The position numbers and the translations under genes were made by a program. 64,000 nt of DNA, taken from the IMG/VR virus record IMGVR_UViG_3300037400_003633, positions 1 through 64,000 of that record, one strand, 5' to 3'. Of the stretch, positions 38,104-45,624 are shown piece by piece (the stretch's first letter is position 1; each line of letters opens with the position of its first letter). The notes beneath the pieces were generated by a model. The model searched no databases. It was not told where the DNA came from and saw only the letters and a program-made list of their open reading frames with translations. Source of the stretch: a virus. Its lineage: Duplodnaviria; Caudoviricetes.

Positions 38104-38604
38104 ATGAACGTTAACGAAATTTATCAAGAGATTAATGCCAAGCACCCAAACTTGGTTGAAAACCTACTCGACAGGAGCAGTAGGGAGAGTGAGTCAGAGC
38201 GTCAGACTATCTACGGAGACCTGATGGACTGGCTGAGGGACTATTACACCATCATTCCACTGTATGACAGAAGCACAGTGGCAAATATGCTTATCGGGCA
38301 GTACGTCATCAAGCATCCCTATTGCTTACAGAAAATATATATTGTTAAACAGGAAAGCAATGTGGATGGTGAACTACTATTTAACGCCACACCTTGCAGG
38401 ACACTGGAGGCAGCACAAAAGGTCATGTCAGACGAAATTCGTACCATCATGACAGAGAGCCATCATTTTGGGTGGTGCAAAAACCTTAGCACTCTGGAAA
38501 AGGAATACGAGGTTGAAAAGGATGATACATCATTCTATCTCAATGACCCCAGTGATGACTACTACGAGGACATTAAAATTGAAGAAAAAATAATCTTGTC
38601 ATAA
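38104..38604 (+). CDS. hypothetical early protein
   Basis: 166-aa ORF. Confidence 0.7.
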   Translation: MNVNEIYQEINAKHPNLVENLLDRSSRESESERQTIYGDLMDWLRDYYTIIPLYDRSTVANMLIGQYVIKHPYCLQKIYIVKQESNVDGELLFNATPCRTLEAAQKVMSDEIRTIMTESHHFGWCKNLSTLEKEYEVEKDDTSFYLNDPSDDYYEDIKIEEKIILS

Positions 38605-38682
38605 AAAAAGTTGGGGAAATATTTGGTTATTCCAGATATTTTCCCTAACTTTGCATCGTCAAACAATTAAAACAATAAGATT

Positions 38683-38910
38683 ATGGCAAGTCAGATAACT
38701 AAAAGGATTAAGATTGGCACAAAGGTGACAGCACGTCTATTTGGCGGTAGAATGGTCACTGGAGTTGTTGATAGCATCGAGAAGTGCAAGATTGGTGAGA
38801 AGTATGGTACACCAGTATCGAGTGCCCCATTTGGTGCAGGTAACTACACATTTGGACTGGATTGTGGTAATTGGTGTTATGGAGACCAAATAAGGACAAT
38901 TGTTAATTAA
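38683..38910 (+). CDS. hypothetical early protein
   Basis: 75-aa ORF after promoter. Confidence 0.65.
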   Translation: MASQITKRIKIGTKVTARLFGGRMVTGVVDSIEKCKIGEKYGTPVSSAPFGAGNYTFGLDCGNWCYGDQIRTIVN

Positions 38911-38920
38911 AAGTATAACT

Positions 38921-39121
38921 ATGGGTAAGCAGAGAATGAAAGTGTATAAGGATAAGGAGTTCAGAGACCTCCTTACATCAAATGGGTATCGGTTGAACAG
39001 AAGTTCTGGAGACCACCACATTTACGTCAATGCGACTGGAAGACATGTCTCAGTTAAGTTCCCAGTGAACCCATGTATTGCGAGAAGACTAATAAAGGAA
39101 TATAACTTAATAACAACTTAA
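38921..39121 (+). CDS. hicA: HicA-like mRNA interferase (orphan)
   Basis: LLTSNGYRLNRSSGDHHIYVNATGRHVSV, HicA G-x-H pattern, 66 aa; no HicB-like neighbour. Confidence 0.65.
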   Translation: MGKQRMKVYKDKEFRDLLTSNGYRLNRSSGDHHIYVNATGRHVSVKFPVNPCIARRLIKEYNLITT

Positions 39122-39123
39122 AT

Positions 39124-39363
39124 ATGGATAAGGCAAAGTTAACCCAGTTACGGGCACAAGTGAACAGGCTGTTCAGAGGCAGACCAGAGGGAAGTGTAAT
39201 ACAGTTAATGCTGGACGGTAAGGAATATAGTCATTATGAGATTCCTGAGAATCATTACGTCACTAGAGACAGCAAACCACCTATAGACTGGTTGAATGAG
39301 GCTGTATGCTTCGCAGAACTAAGAGGCATTAAAGGAAATTTCAGCCTCAGGATAAAACCCTGA
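39124..39363 (+). CDS. hypothetical early protein
   Basis: 79-aa ORF. Confidence 0.6.
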   Translation: MDKAKLTQLRAQVNRLFRGRPEGSVIQLMLDGKEYSHYEIPENHYVTRDSKPPIDWLNEAVCFAELRGIKGNFSLRIKP

Positions 39364-39373
39364 GAAGACCATA

Positions 39374-39482
39374 AGGGAGAAAGAGCATGTTGGCGTTGCC
39401 AGTGGTGTTCCCACTAAAGAACCCAGCAAGATTCAGGTAGCTCCTGATGCGCTGGAAAGTAGGTTCGAATCCTTGCTCCCTT
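39374..39482 (+). ncRNA. tRNA-like structured RNA (non-canonical cloverleaf)
   Basis: AGGGAG/CTCCCT closing stem, hairpins TGGC/GCCA, AGTGG/CCACT, CCAGC..TCAGG/CCTGA..GCTGG and T-loop AGG-TTCGAAT-CCT. Confidence 0.6.
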
Positions 39483-39640
39483 TCAAGCGATTTCAATTCT
39501 TCTGATTTATTCATTTTGCATTTACCCAGTGGCTGTCGGGAGACACCTGCTGGGCTTTTTTATTAAAAATCATTAAAAAGTTTTGTAGTCTGAAATAAAA
39601 TACCTAACTTTGCCACGTCAAACGATAAAACATTAGGATT

Positions 39641-39868
39641 ATGGATATGACAATTGAAGAAGTAAGGAACAGCCTCATTGATGGTTTGGAGGATTGCTAT
39701 ACTCCAACTCAGATTGAGTTAATAGACCTTCGTTTAGAAGAGATTGCAAAGGAAGAACACCTTACACTTGAAGACCTTGATTACTATTGCACAGCAAATT
39801 CAAGTGAGATGTTTACTTGTATTTTTAACTATAAGGAGTTTGATAAGAAGAACTTTGAAGTAGATTAG
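39641..39868 (+). CDS. acidic hypothetical early protein
   Basis: 75-aa ORF after promoter. Confidence 0.65.
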   Translation: MDMTIEEVRNSLIDGLEDCYTPTQIELIDLRLEEIAKEEHLTLEDLDYYCTANSSEMFTCIFNYKEFDKKNFEVD

Positions 39869-39885
39869 ACTTAAATAAGTACAAA
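39868..39885 (+). repeat. polar 18-bp motif, copy 6
   Basis: GACTTAAATAAGTACAAA at stop codon. Confidence 0.85.
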
Positions 39886-39905
39886 GTCGTATGATTTAAA
39901 AAGAA

Positions 39906-40343
39906 ATGTATATGGAAGCGTATATAGACAAGTATAACAAGGCACTGGGTGAGTTCAGGAACGCAAAGCACGCAATGATGAATGAGATTGTCACTATGAT
40001 AAAGACAATCGCCTGCAAACCCATACACATAGGTAACACGTATTATTATTACGTTAATCATAATGGCGTGGATGTACCTGCGTATTGCAATGAGAATGAC
40101 TATAATGAGAGCAATCCTGAGTTCCTGCCAGTATATGATGAGGAGGAAACCTATGACTTTGGTTGGGTAAGATTCGAGGAATGCTGTCGATTATTCGAGG
40201 TCATCAGGAGAGTGTTAATGAATAGCGATACTACAAAAGAAATGGCTGAACGTTATAAACAATATACGCAAGGTTGGGCATATATACCACCTCAAGACCT
40301 TGGCAAATACGAGAAAGCGTTTAAGCAGTTTTATAATAAATAA
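39906..40343 (+). CDS. hypothetical early protein
   Basis: 145-aa ORF. Confidence 0.65.
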   Translation: MYMEAYIDKYNKALGEFRNAKHAMMNEIVTMIKTIACKPIHIGNTYYYYVNHNGVDVPAYCNENDYNESNPEFLPVYDEEETYDFGWVRFEECCRLFEVIRRVLMNSDTTKEMAERYKQYTQGWAYIPPQDLGKYEKAFKQFYNK

Positions 40344-40357
40344 TCAATATAAGATAT

Positions 40358-40567
40358 ATGGATGTAAGGATTAAATTCGACGCTGACCTGATTATTTCAG
40401 GTGAGACAATGCAAGAAGTCAGGAGTAAGTTCGAGAGCATGCAACTGTTCTCACAGGAGGCAAAGGATTCTGGCGTAGAGTTCAGCGAGATACAACTGGT
40501 TGAGGATTCTGAGACCTACGACGATTTGAGGCACGAGTATGACCACTGTTATGACAGGAACGAGTGA
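40358..40567 (+). CDS. acidic hypothetical protein
   Basis: 69-aa ORF. Confidence 0.6.
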   Translation: MDVRIKFDADLIISGETMQEVRSKFESMQLFSQEAKDSGVEFSEIQLVEDSETYDDLRHEYDHCYDRNE

Positions 40568-40659
40568 TTGTTAATAAACAATAAAAAACTGGGCAGTTTC
40601 TTTTCTGTTCCAGTTTTTTTCTGTAATTTTGCCACGTCAAACTTAAATAACAAACAGAT

Positions 40660-41082
40660 ATGGAAGCAAATGTAACAGGATTTATCAGGAAATGGAACGG
40701 TAGAACATTACAGGATGACGGCAGTAGTGTTTCGAAAGAGTTTCATTCATTTCAGGTGGCGTTCATTAACGCCATGCGTAAGATTGCCACTGCGTTAGGT
40801 GGTGAAGTTGTAGGACAGTCCTATGGTCACTACGATATGAGTGGATTCATCAGGAGAGGCGACAAGTATGTGTATTTCAGTTACAGTAATGGCTGTTGTC
40901 GTGGTGGAAGAACATTCGTAAACCTGAAAGGACAGTGGGATGACTGGCATTCGCCATTACTTATCAGAACAGCAGCAGACAGCAAGGATTTTCGTGGAGG
41001 CTGTAATCATTTTACATCATTCGAGAAGTGTCAAGAACTGATAGACAGCCTACTAAATACAGAACATCGTAGAGTATGGTAA
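40660..41082 (+). CDS. conserved hypothetical Bacteroidota phage protein
   Basis: GHYDMSGFI...YVYFS...LIRTA...DFRGGCNHF. Confidence 0.7.
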   Translation: MEANVTGFIRKWNGRTLQDDGSSVSKEFHSFQVAFINAMRKIATALGGEVVGQSYGHYDMSGFIRRGDKYVYFSYSNGCCRGGRTFVNLKGQWDDWHSPLLIRTAADSKDFRGGCNHFTSFEKCQELIDSLLNTEHRRVW

Positions 41083-41210
41083 TAACATTAAAATAATAAA
41101 AGCTATGAGAAAAGTATTGTATTAAAAATCATTAAAAGATGAGACTATCTCTTGGTAGTCTCAATTTTTTTATGTAATTTTGCAGCGTCAAACAACAAAC
41201 AATTAAGGTT

Positions 41211-41936
41211 ATGGATAAGAACAAAGAGAGTTTAATCAAGGCGATTGCCAAGGCTATCAAGGAGAGTGCTAAGGGAATCAATGGCAATGTTTATTGCTAT
41301 GCCAACGTTCCCATTGAACTGCGGAATTGGGGTGCAGGATGGGGCAACAAGTGGAAGTGGTCATCTTCCGAGATTAAGGTGGGTAACGAAACCTACAAGT
41401 TCACTGACAAGGAAGTAACTGACCAAGAAATGATTAGCATTGCAAAGCAGGCTTTGGAGTTAAGTGGCTGCAAGGGCAAGGTTCTCTATGATGAATGTGG
41501 CGATGGCTATTGGATTTCCAAGACCTATAGTTTCAATGGCATCAAGGTATATGGTGAACCCTGCAATGAGTTCAAGGAACTGAATAAGATGCTTGCCAAG
41601 TATGGTAATAAGACAATAGGTGAGCAGGATGTGTTCCACGTCAATGTGTGTGGCAAACGTTCATCTTGGAGTGATAGCGGTCACGAAAGTTATCTATGCT
41701 ATATGCCTAAGGTTTGTGCCAATATCATTGACTATATTAGGCACAATAGACTAAGAGGTTGGAAAGTGTGCATCAGCATGGAAGAGTATTTCAGTCATGG
41801 TGACGAAATGGACTATCGCTGCGCACAACACCAAGAAAGCGAATGGTACGGATGCAGGGGTGTGATGTTGGTGACTGACATCAAGAACACCAAGGGTGAA
41901 CCAAAACTGCATAAGACCTTTATGGATTTCAGTTGA
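41211..41936 (+). CDS. hypothetical early protein
   Basis: 241-aa ORF after promoter. Confidence 0.75.
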   Translation: MDKNKESLIKAIAKAIKESAKGINGNVYCYANVPIELRNWGAGWGNKWKWSSSEIKVGNETYKFTDKEVTDQEMISIAKQALELSGCKGKVLYDECGDGYWISKTYSFNGIKVYGEPCNEFKELNKMLAKYGNKTIGEQDVFHVNVCGKRSSWSDSGHESYLCYMPKVCANIIDYIRHNRLRGWKVCISMEEYFSHGDEMDYRCAQHQESEWYGCRGVMLVTDIKNTKGEPKLHKTFMDFS

Positions 41937-42014
41937 GTTTTCTTTCTAAACCATAATGATAATTTTAAATGATGTTAAAGTTTGGGGTAGTCTTTTGGCT
42001 ATCCCGACTTTTTT
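41937..42014 (+). ncRNA. candidate 3'-UTR sRNA antisense to sigma-factor start
   Basis: 41951-41973 pairs 14+7 nt with 47254-47276 including AUG; followed by hairpin 41978-42012. Confidence 0.45.
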
Positions 42015-42044
42015 GTGTAATTTTGCTACCGAATTAAAACATTA

Positions 42045-42338
42045 ATGGTTATGGATAAGAAAAATACGTTTTACATTGTGGTTGTGTTCTATGACGGACT
42101 TGGCTACACATTGCAGGAGGATGAAAAGGTACACCTATTCTTCCACTACGGGATAAAAGGCTACAAAAAGTTAGCCTACGCTATCAAGAAAGCAAATAGA
42201 CTGGCTTATACCTACGTCAATGAAAAGACCTGCATATTCAAGGTAGAAGAAGATGAGAGAGTTTCCTGTGACCAATATCGTGACTGGTGCAAGGATAAGA
42301 ATAGACTGGTTTATGAAAATAAAGGATTTAAGTTATGA
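42045..42338 (+). CDS. hypothetical early protein
   Basis: 97-aa ORF. Confidence 0.65.
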   Translation: MVMDKKNTFYIVVVFYDGLGYTLQEDEKVHLFFHYGIKGYKKLAYAIKKANRLAYTYVNEKTCIFKVEEDERVSCDQYRDWCKDKNRLVYENKGFKL

Positions 42339-42592
42339 TAGCAATTAATGATTTCAAGTTAGTGGCTGATTTTAATGACTGGTCACAAACTCACGACCCA
42401 GACAAACTCTATTGTATTACAAAGGAGAATGGAGAGGAATTGTTTGATGTGTACGAAGATGATTTCATTACTATGATTGACCTTGGTATCGTCAATAGCG
42501 AGGGATTTTATTACCTGCTTGGTAATCCTACTGATGACCAAATTAGGGAGTATGCAAAGATGTATGGTATTCACTGGACTGATTTAGACTAA
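42335..42592 (+). CDS. hypothetical early protein
   Basis: 85-aa ORF. Confidence 0.6.
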   Translation: MIAINDFKLVADFNDWSQTHDPDKLYCITKENGEELFDVYEDDFITMIDLGIVNSEGFYYLLGNPTDDQIREYAKMYGIHWTDLD

Positions 42593-42596
42593 GATT

Positions 42597-42824
42597 ATGA
42601 AAAGGAGAAAGATAGTAAGGCGAAAGAACATCTATGATGTTGACTGGTGGAGAGGTGACTGGTGTTATCGTACAACCACTGGCTGCGACTGGGAAGCAGT
42701 ACTGGAGTGCAAACGTGCTGCGAAGTTAATGGGTGAGAAAATAACCTATGAGAAGACTGGAGTAAAGGAAGATGTGTACTATACTGGAGGACGAGGTGGT
42801 TCACCAATATTTATGGCACGTTAA
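42597..42824 (+). CDS. hypothetical early protein
   Basis: 75-aa ORF. Confidence 0.6.
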   Translation: MKRRKIVRRKNIYDVDWWRGDWCYRTTTGCDWEAVLECKRAAKLMGEKITYEKTGVKEDVYYTGGRGGSPIFMAR

Positions 42825-42853
42825 AATATTAACAATTAAAATGCAAATGAATT

Positions 42854-43150
42854 ATGGAAATTAGAAGAATGAAACGAGAGCAAATTAGAAGGAAACTGTC
42901 AGCACTATTGATGCACACTGACGAGCAGCATCCAATGGAATGTCGGTATGTGGTAGGAGACGCTTATTCTTGTGGTTTAAGCACGCTGGAAATGCCTACT
43001 ATCACCAGTATGTTTCAAGAGCCATCAGAGGGCATTATTTGGTTTCAGTTTGAAGGTGAACAAGAGCCAAGAGAGTTTGACGATATGGTTAGGTCAGACC
43101 TTAATGAACTACTGGAAGGATTAAAAGAAGATATGTTATTAACAATTTAA
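42854..43150 (+). CDS. hypothetical early protein
   Basis: 98-aa ORF. Confidence 0.65.
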   Translation: MEIRRMKREQIRRKLSALLMHTDEQHPMECRYVVGDAYSCGLSTLEMPTITSMFQEPSEGIIWFQFEGEQEPREFDDMVRSDLNELLEGLKEDMLLTI

Positions 43151-43162
43151 TGCAAATGAATT

Positions 43163-43564
43163 ATGATTGAAGGAAGTATTGGACTGGGAGATTTCCTTAG
43201 AGGAGAAAACTCTATCAGTTGTGAGATTGGTTGTGTTACTGGTATGCGACAAAGCACTGGTTCACGGAAGGGTATGATTTACAAGATTGGTATTAACTGG
43301 TTCTTCGCTGACGAGATTAGCCACGACTGGTGGGGAGAACTACAACACAAGGTAGGTGTAGGCAAACGATACAACTACAAAAAGCCTATTAAGGTTATAT
43401 ACAAGAAAAGAACCTATAAGGCTATAAGAGTTGAGTTTGAGGAAAACTACCACGTTATACTGGAAGATAAGGACGGTGCATTAGTCTATGAACACATTTA
43501 TTCCTTACCAACAAAGACATTAGAACGGCTGGTTAACCAATATGATAAAGAACAAATTAAATAA
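43163..43564 (+). CDS. hypothetical early protein
   Basis: 133-aa ORF. Confidence 0.65.
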   Translation: MIEGSIGLGDFLRGENSISCEIGCVTGMRQSTGSRKGMIYKIGINWFFADEISHDWWGELQHKVGVGKRYNYKKPIKVIYKKRTYKAIRVEFEENYHVILEDKDGALVYEHIYSLPTKTLERLVNQYDKEQIK

Positions 43565-43571
43565 AATAACT

Positions 43572-43922
43572 ATGAATAAAAAAGAATTGAAAGCACATCT
43601 TATCATTATGATAGGTGAGTTAAAAGGGGAGATTGATAACGAGTCAGGTTGCTTTGATGAGATTGCAACATCAGCACTAAAGAACGTATTAGGCTGCAAT
43701 GAACTGGTTGATACTGATAGCAATGACATACTGGTACAACTGGATAAAAGTATTGAGGACGATGGGCTACTGGTTGATGCAGTATTTTTGTCCAGTAATA
43801 ACAAGGTGTTATTTAGCGTTACTGATGCAGAAGATGAAATGATTGATAGTGCTGAACTTGCTGACATATCAAGAGAGAACATCATAAAATTATTAGATGA
43901 AATATATAAAATGTGTGAATAA
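43572..43922 (+). CDS. acidic hypothetical early protein
   Basis: ATG 43572. Confidence 0.65.
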   Translation: MNKKELKAHLIIMIGELKGEIDNESGCFDEIATSALKNVLGCNELVDTDSNDILVQLDKSIEDDGLLVDAVFLSSNNKVLFSVTDAEDEMIDSAELADISRENIIKLLDEIYKMCE

Positions 43923-44004
43923 AACAAAAATAATTGGGATATTATTTGGGTATTACATTTTTTCTTTGTAACTTTGCAACGTCAAACAATTAAAATTAGA
44001 AGAT

Positions 44005-44259
44005 ATGATTAACGCAGAACAAGCAAAGCAGTACACTAAGAAGTTCGAACCAAGTAAGGAGTTGGTAGAACAAGTAGAAAAACAAATCAAGAGAGGTGAG
44101 CGTCACATTCACGTCTACACTACTCGCTATTGTCGTGATTATGCAGAGGACTTTGCAAAGTATTGCAGGGAGCAGGGTTTCACCAATGCACGTATTGAGG
44201 ACATCTACAACCGCAGAACGGGTGAAAGAGGTGGCAATTATCTTGCTATTGACCTTTAA
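44005..44259 (+). CDS. hypothetical early protein
   Basis: 84-aa ORF after promoter. Confidence 0.65.
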   Translation: MINAEQAKQYTKKFEPSKELVEQVEKQIKRGERHIHVYTTRYCRDYAEDFAKYCREQGFTNARIEDIYNRRTGERGGNYLAIDL

Positions 44260-44327
44260 GACTACAATGCCCACTATCAAGGTGGTGGTGGGCATTTAAC
44301 AACTAACAATTAAACATTAGAAGAATT

Positions 44328-44837
44328 ATGGTAAACAAAGACAAAGTAAGGCAGATTTTCAGTATTGAACTATTGGAGGACAATGCCCAATATTTCAATC
44401 ATTATACTGATATGATTAAGTGCGGTCATCCCTGGAACGTTGTGTGCGAGTTAAGAAAGGTCAGCGAAAACGCAGAGTCAGACCTTGACCCTTACACCTA
44501 TGAGCAGATACTGGAGAGTGCCAAACAATTTAATGAGCGTATCGTATTCGACAATGGTGAATACTTGCTGACTGCCAATGACGCTATCATAGTCCTTTAC
44601 CAGTATGGTGATGTGGACGTATACGACTGGACTGGAGATAAACTGGAAATAAACGATGAAGTTATATGGCTCGACCCCGATGATGATGCAAGAGATTTAC
44701 GCAGGGTGTGGACTATCTATGATATAGTTAACGAAGAACTGGTTAAGATTGCTGACGATGCATCAGAAGCAGAGGTTGCACCAAATGAACTGGTTAAAGC
44801 CAGTAACGTGCTACACGTTGACATCATAATCAAATAG
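44328..44837 (+). CDS. hypothetical early protein
   Basis: 169-aa ORF ending TAG. Confidence 0.7.
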   Translation: MVNKDKVRQIFSIELLEDNAQYFNHYTDMIKCGHPWNVVCELRKVSENAESDLDPYTYEQILESAKQFNERIVFDNGEYLLTANDAIIVLYQYGDVDVYDWTGDKLEINDEVIWLDPDDDARDLRRVWTIYDIVNEELVKIADDASEAEVAPNELVKASNVLHVDIIIK

Positions 44838-44854
44838 ACTTAAATAAGTACAAA
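44837..44854 (+). repeat. polar 18-bp motif, copy 7
   Basis: GACTTAAATAAGTACAAA. Confidence 0.85.
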
Positions 44855-44907
44855 GTACTATATGAACTAGAGCTTTGTCATACTATCAATATTTTAAATG
44901 AATAAGT

Positions 44908-44945
44908 AAACCAGTATTAGTCGTGAGATTGGTACTGGTTTTATT
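44908..44945 (+). terminator. intrinsic terminator ending the early array
   Basis: AAACCAGTATTAGTC-GTGA-GATTGGTACTGGTTT + T run. Confidence 0.8.
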
Positions 44946-44953
44946 ATATACTG

Positions 44954-44971
44954 GACTTAAATAAGTACAAA
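44954..44971 (+). repeat. polar 18-bp motif, copy 8
   Basis: GACTTAAATAAGTACAAA. Confidence 0.85.
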
Positions 44972-45035
44972 TACTCTATATTCTTACACATTAAATAACT
45001 GGATAGATTTTATTTCACCTTATATAATATGTGCG

Positions 45036-45507
45036 CCAGTATAATATATGACAATATATGTTGTGCGTGTATGTTTCACGTGAAACGTATAGAATTTATT
45101 CATGTAAATCCATACGCCTATATACGTGTATATGCACCAGTATAGCACATTACACCAGTATAGACCAGCACATGTACTACAACCTATACCAGTTGATTCA
45201 CGTATCTGCACCAGTTGGCATACGCCAGTACAGTGAGCATAACAGACCAGTTTCTCCTGACAGACAAGCCACGATAATCAGGCTATCAGGAATCACATTG
45301 AGGACTGTACGCCAGTGTGTATATACGCACAGGTTATTTATATACCCCTTTATATTTCCCCAGACTGATTTACCCGCTGTAAAGATTTTTTACCACTGTA
45401 AATTGCATATAACTATATAGGGCTACTGGTTGTAAAGATTTATTATTTTCCCAGTATCTTTTGTTTGGCTACCAGTTGCCAGTTGTACCAGTCACCAGTA
45501 ATCCAGT
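45036..45507 (+). repeat. cluster of 14 co-oriented CCAGT pentamers
   Basis: At 45036, 45137, 45155, 45189, 45211, 45225, 45247, 45312, 45451, 45472, 45479, 45488, 45495, 45503. Confidence 0.75.
45072..45087. promoter_or_regulatory. parS: parS-like centromere site
   Basis: TGTTTCACGTGAAACG, 15/16 to consensus TGTTTCACGTGAAACA, in noncoding DNA. Confidence 0.6.
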
Positions 45508-45560
45508 AAAAACACTGGTTTGTGAACAGATGTTAATAAATTAAAACAAATTGGAAAATA

Positions 45561-45592
45561 TTTGCAGGAATCAATAAAAGTCGCTACATTTG
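45561..45592 (+). promoter_or_regulatory. Bacteroidota sigmaA-type promoter
   Basis: TTTG-N20-TACATTTG. Confidence 0.7.
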
Positions 45593-45624
45593 CACCCAGT
45601 TATTTATCATTTAAAATTAAAAGT

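Larger units (their letters stand above)
23031..43976 (+). promoter_or_regulatory. array of 24 co-oriented Bacteroidota sigmaA-type early promoters
   Basis: YTTG-N19/20-TAnnTTTG with -33 box at 23031, 24259, 25943, 26880, 27980, 28655, 29076, 29918, 30520, 31271, 31631, 32475, 33552, 34418, 34935, 35365, 36351, 37506, 38622, 39582, 40602 (imperfect), 41151, 41994, 43945; most followed by a shared GTCAAACAA(T)AAAC leader. Confidence 0.9.

Noticed and set aside
39374-39482. tRNA-Sec (contains TTCA and a long arm)
   Set aside because: TCA lies in a stem, not a 7-nt anticodon loop; arm lengths do not fit the Sec fold.
45010-45040. dif-like XerCD site on minus strand (CTGGCGCACAT-ATTATA-TAAGGTGAAAT)
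   Set aside because: Only about 18/28 to E. coli dif with mismatches in the conserved XerD arm; plausible by chance in AT-rich DNA.
45020-45420. ORFs 45058..45420 (+) and 45020..45211 (-)
   Set aside because: Translations of the CCAGT/parS repeat region with no promoter or leader and atypical composition.
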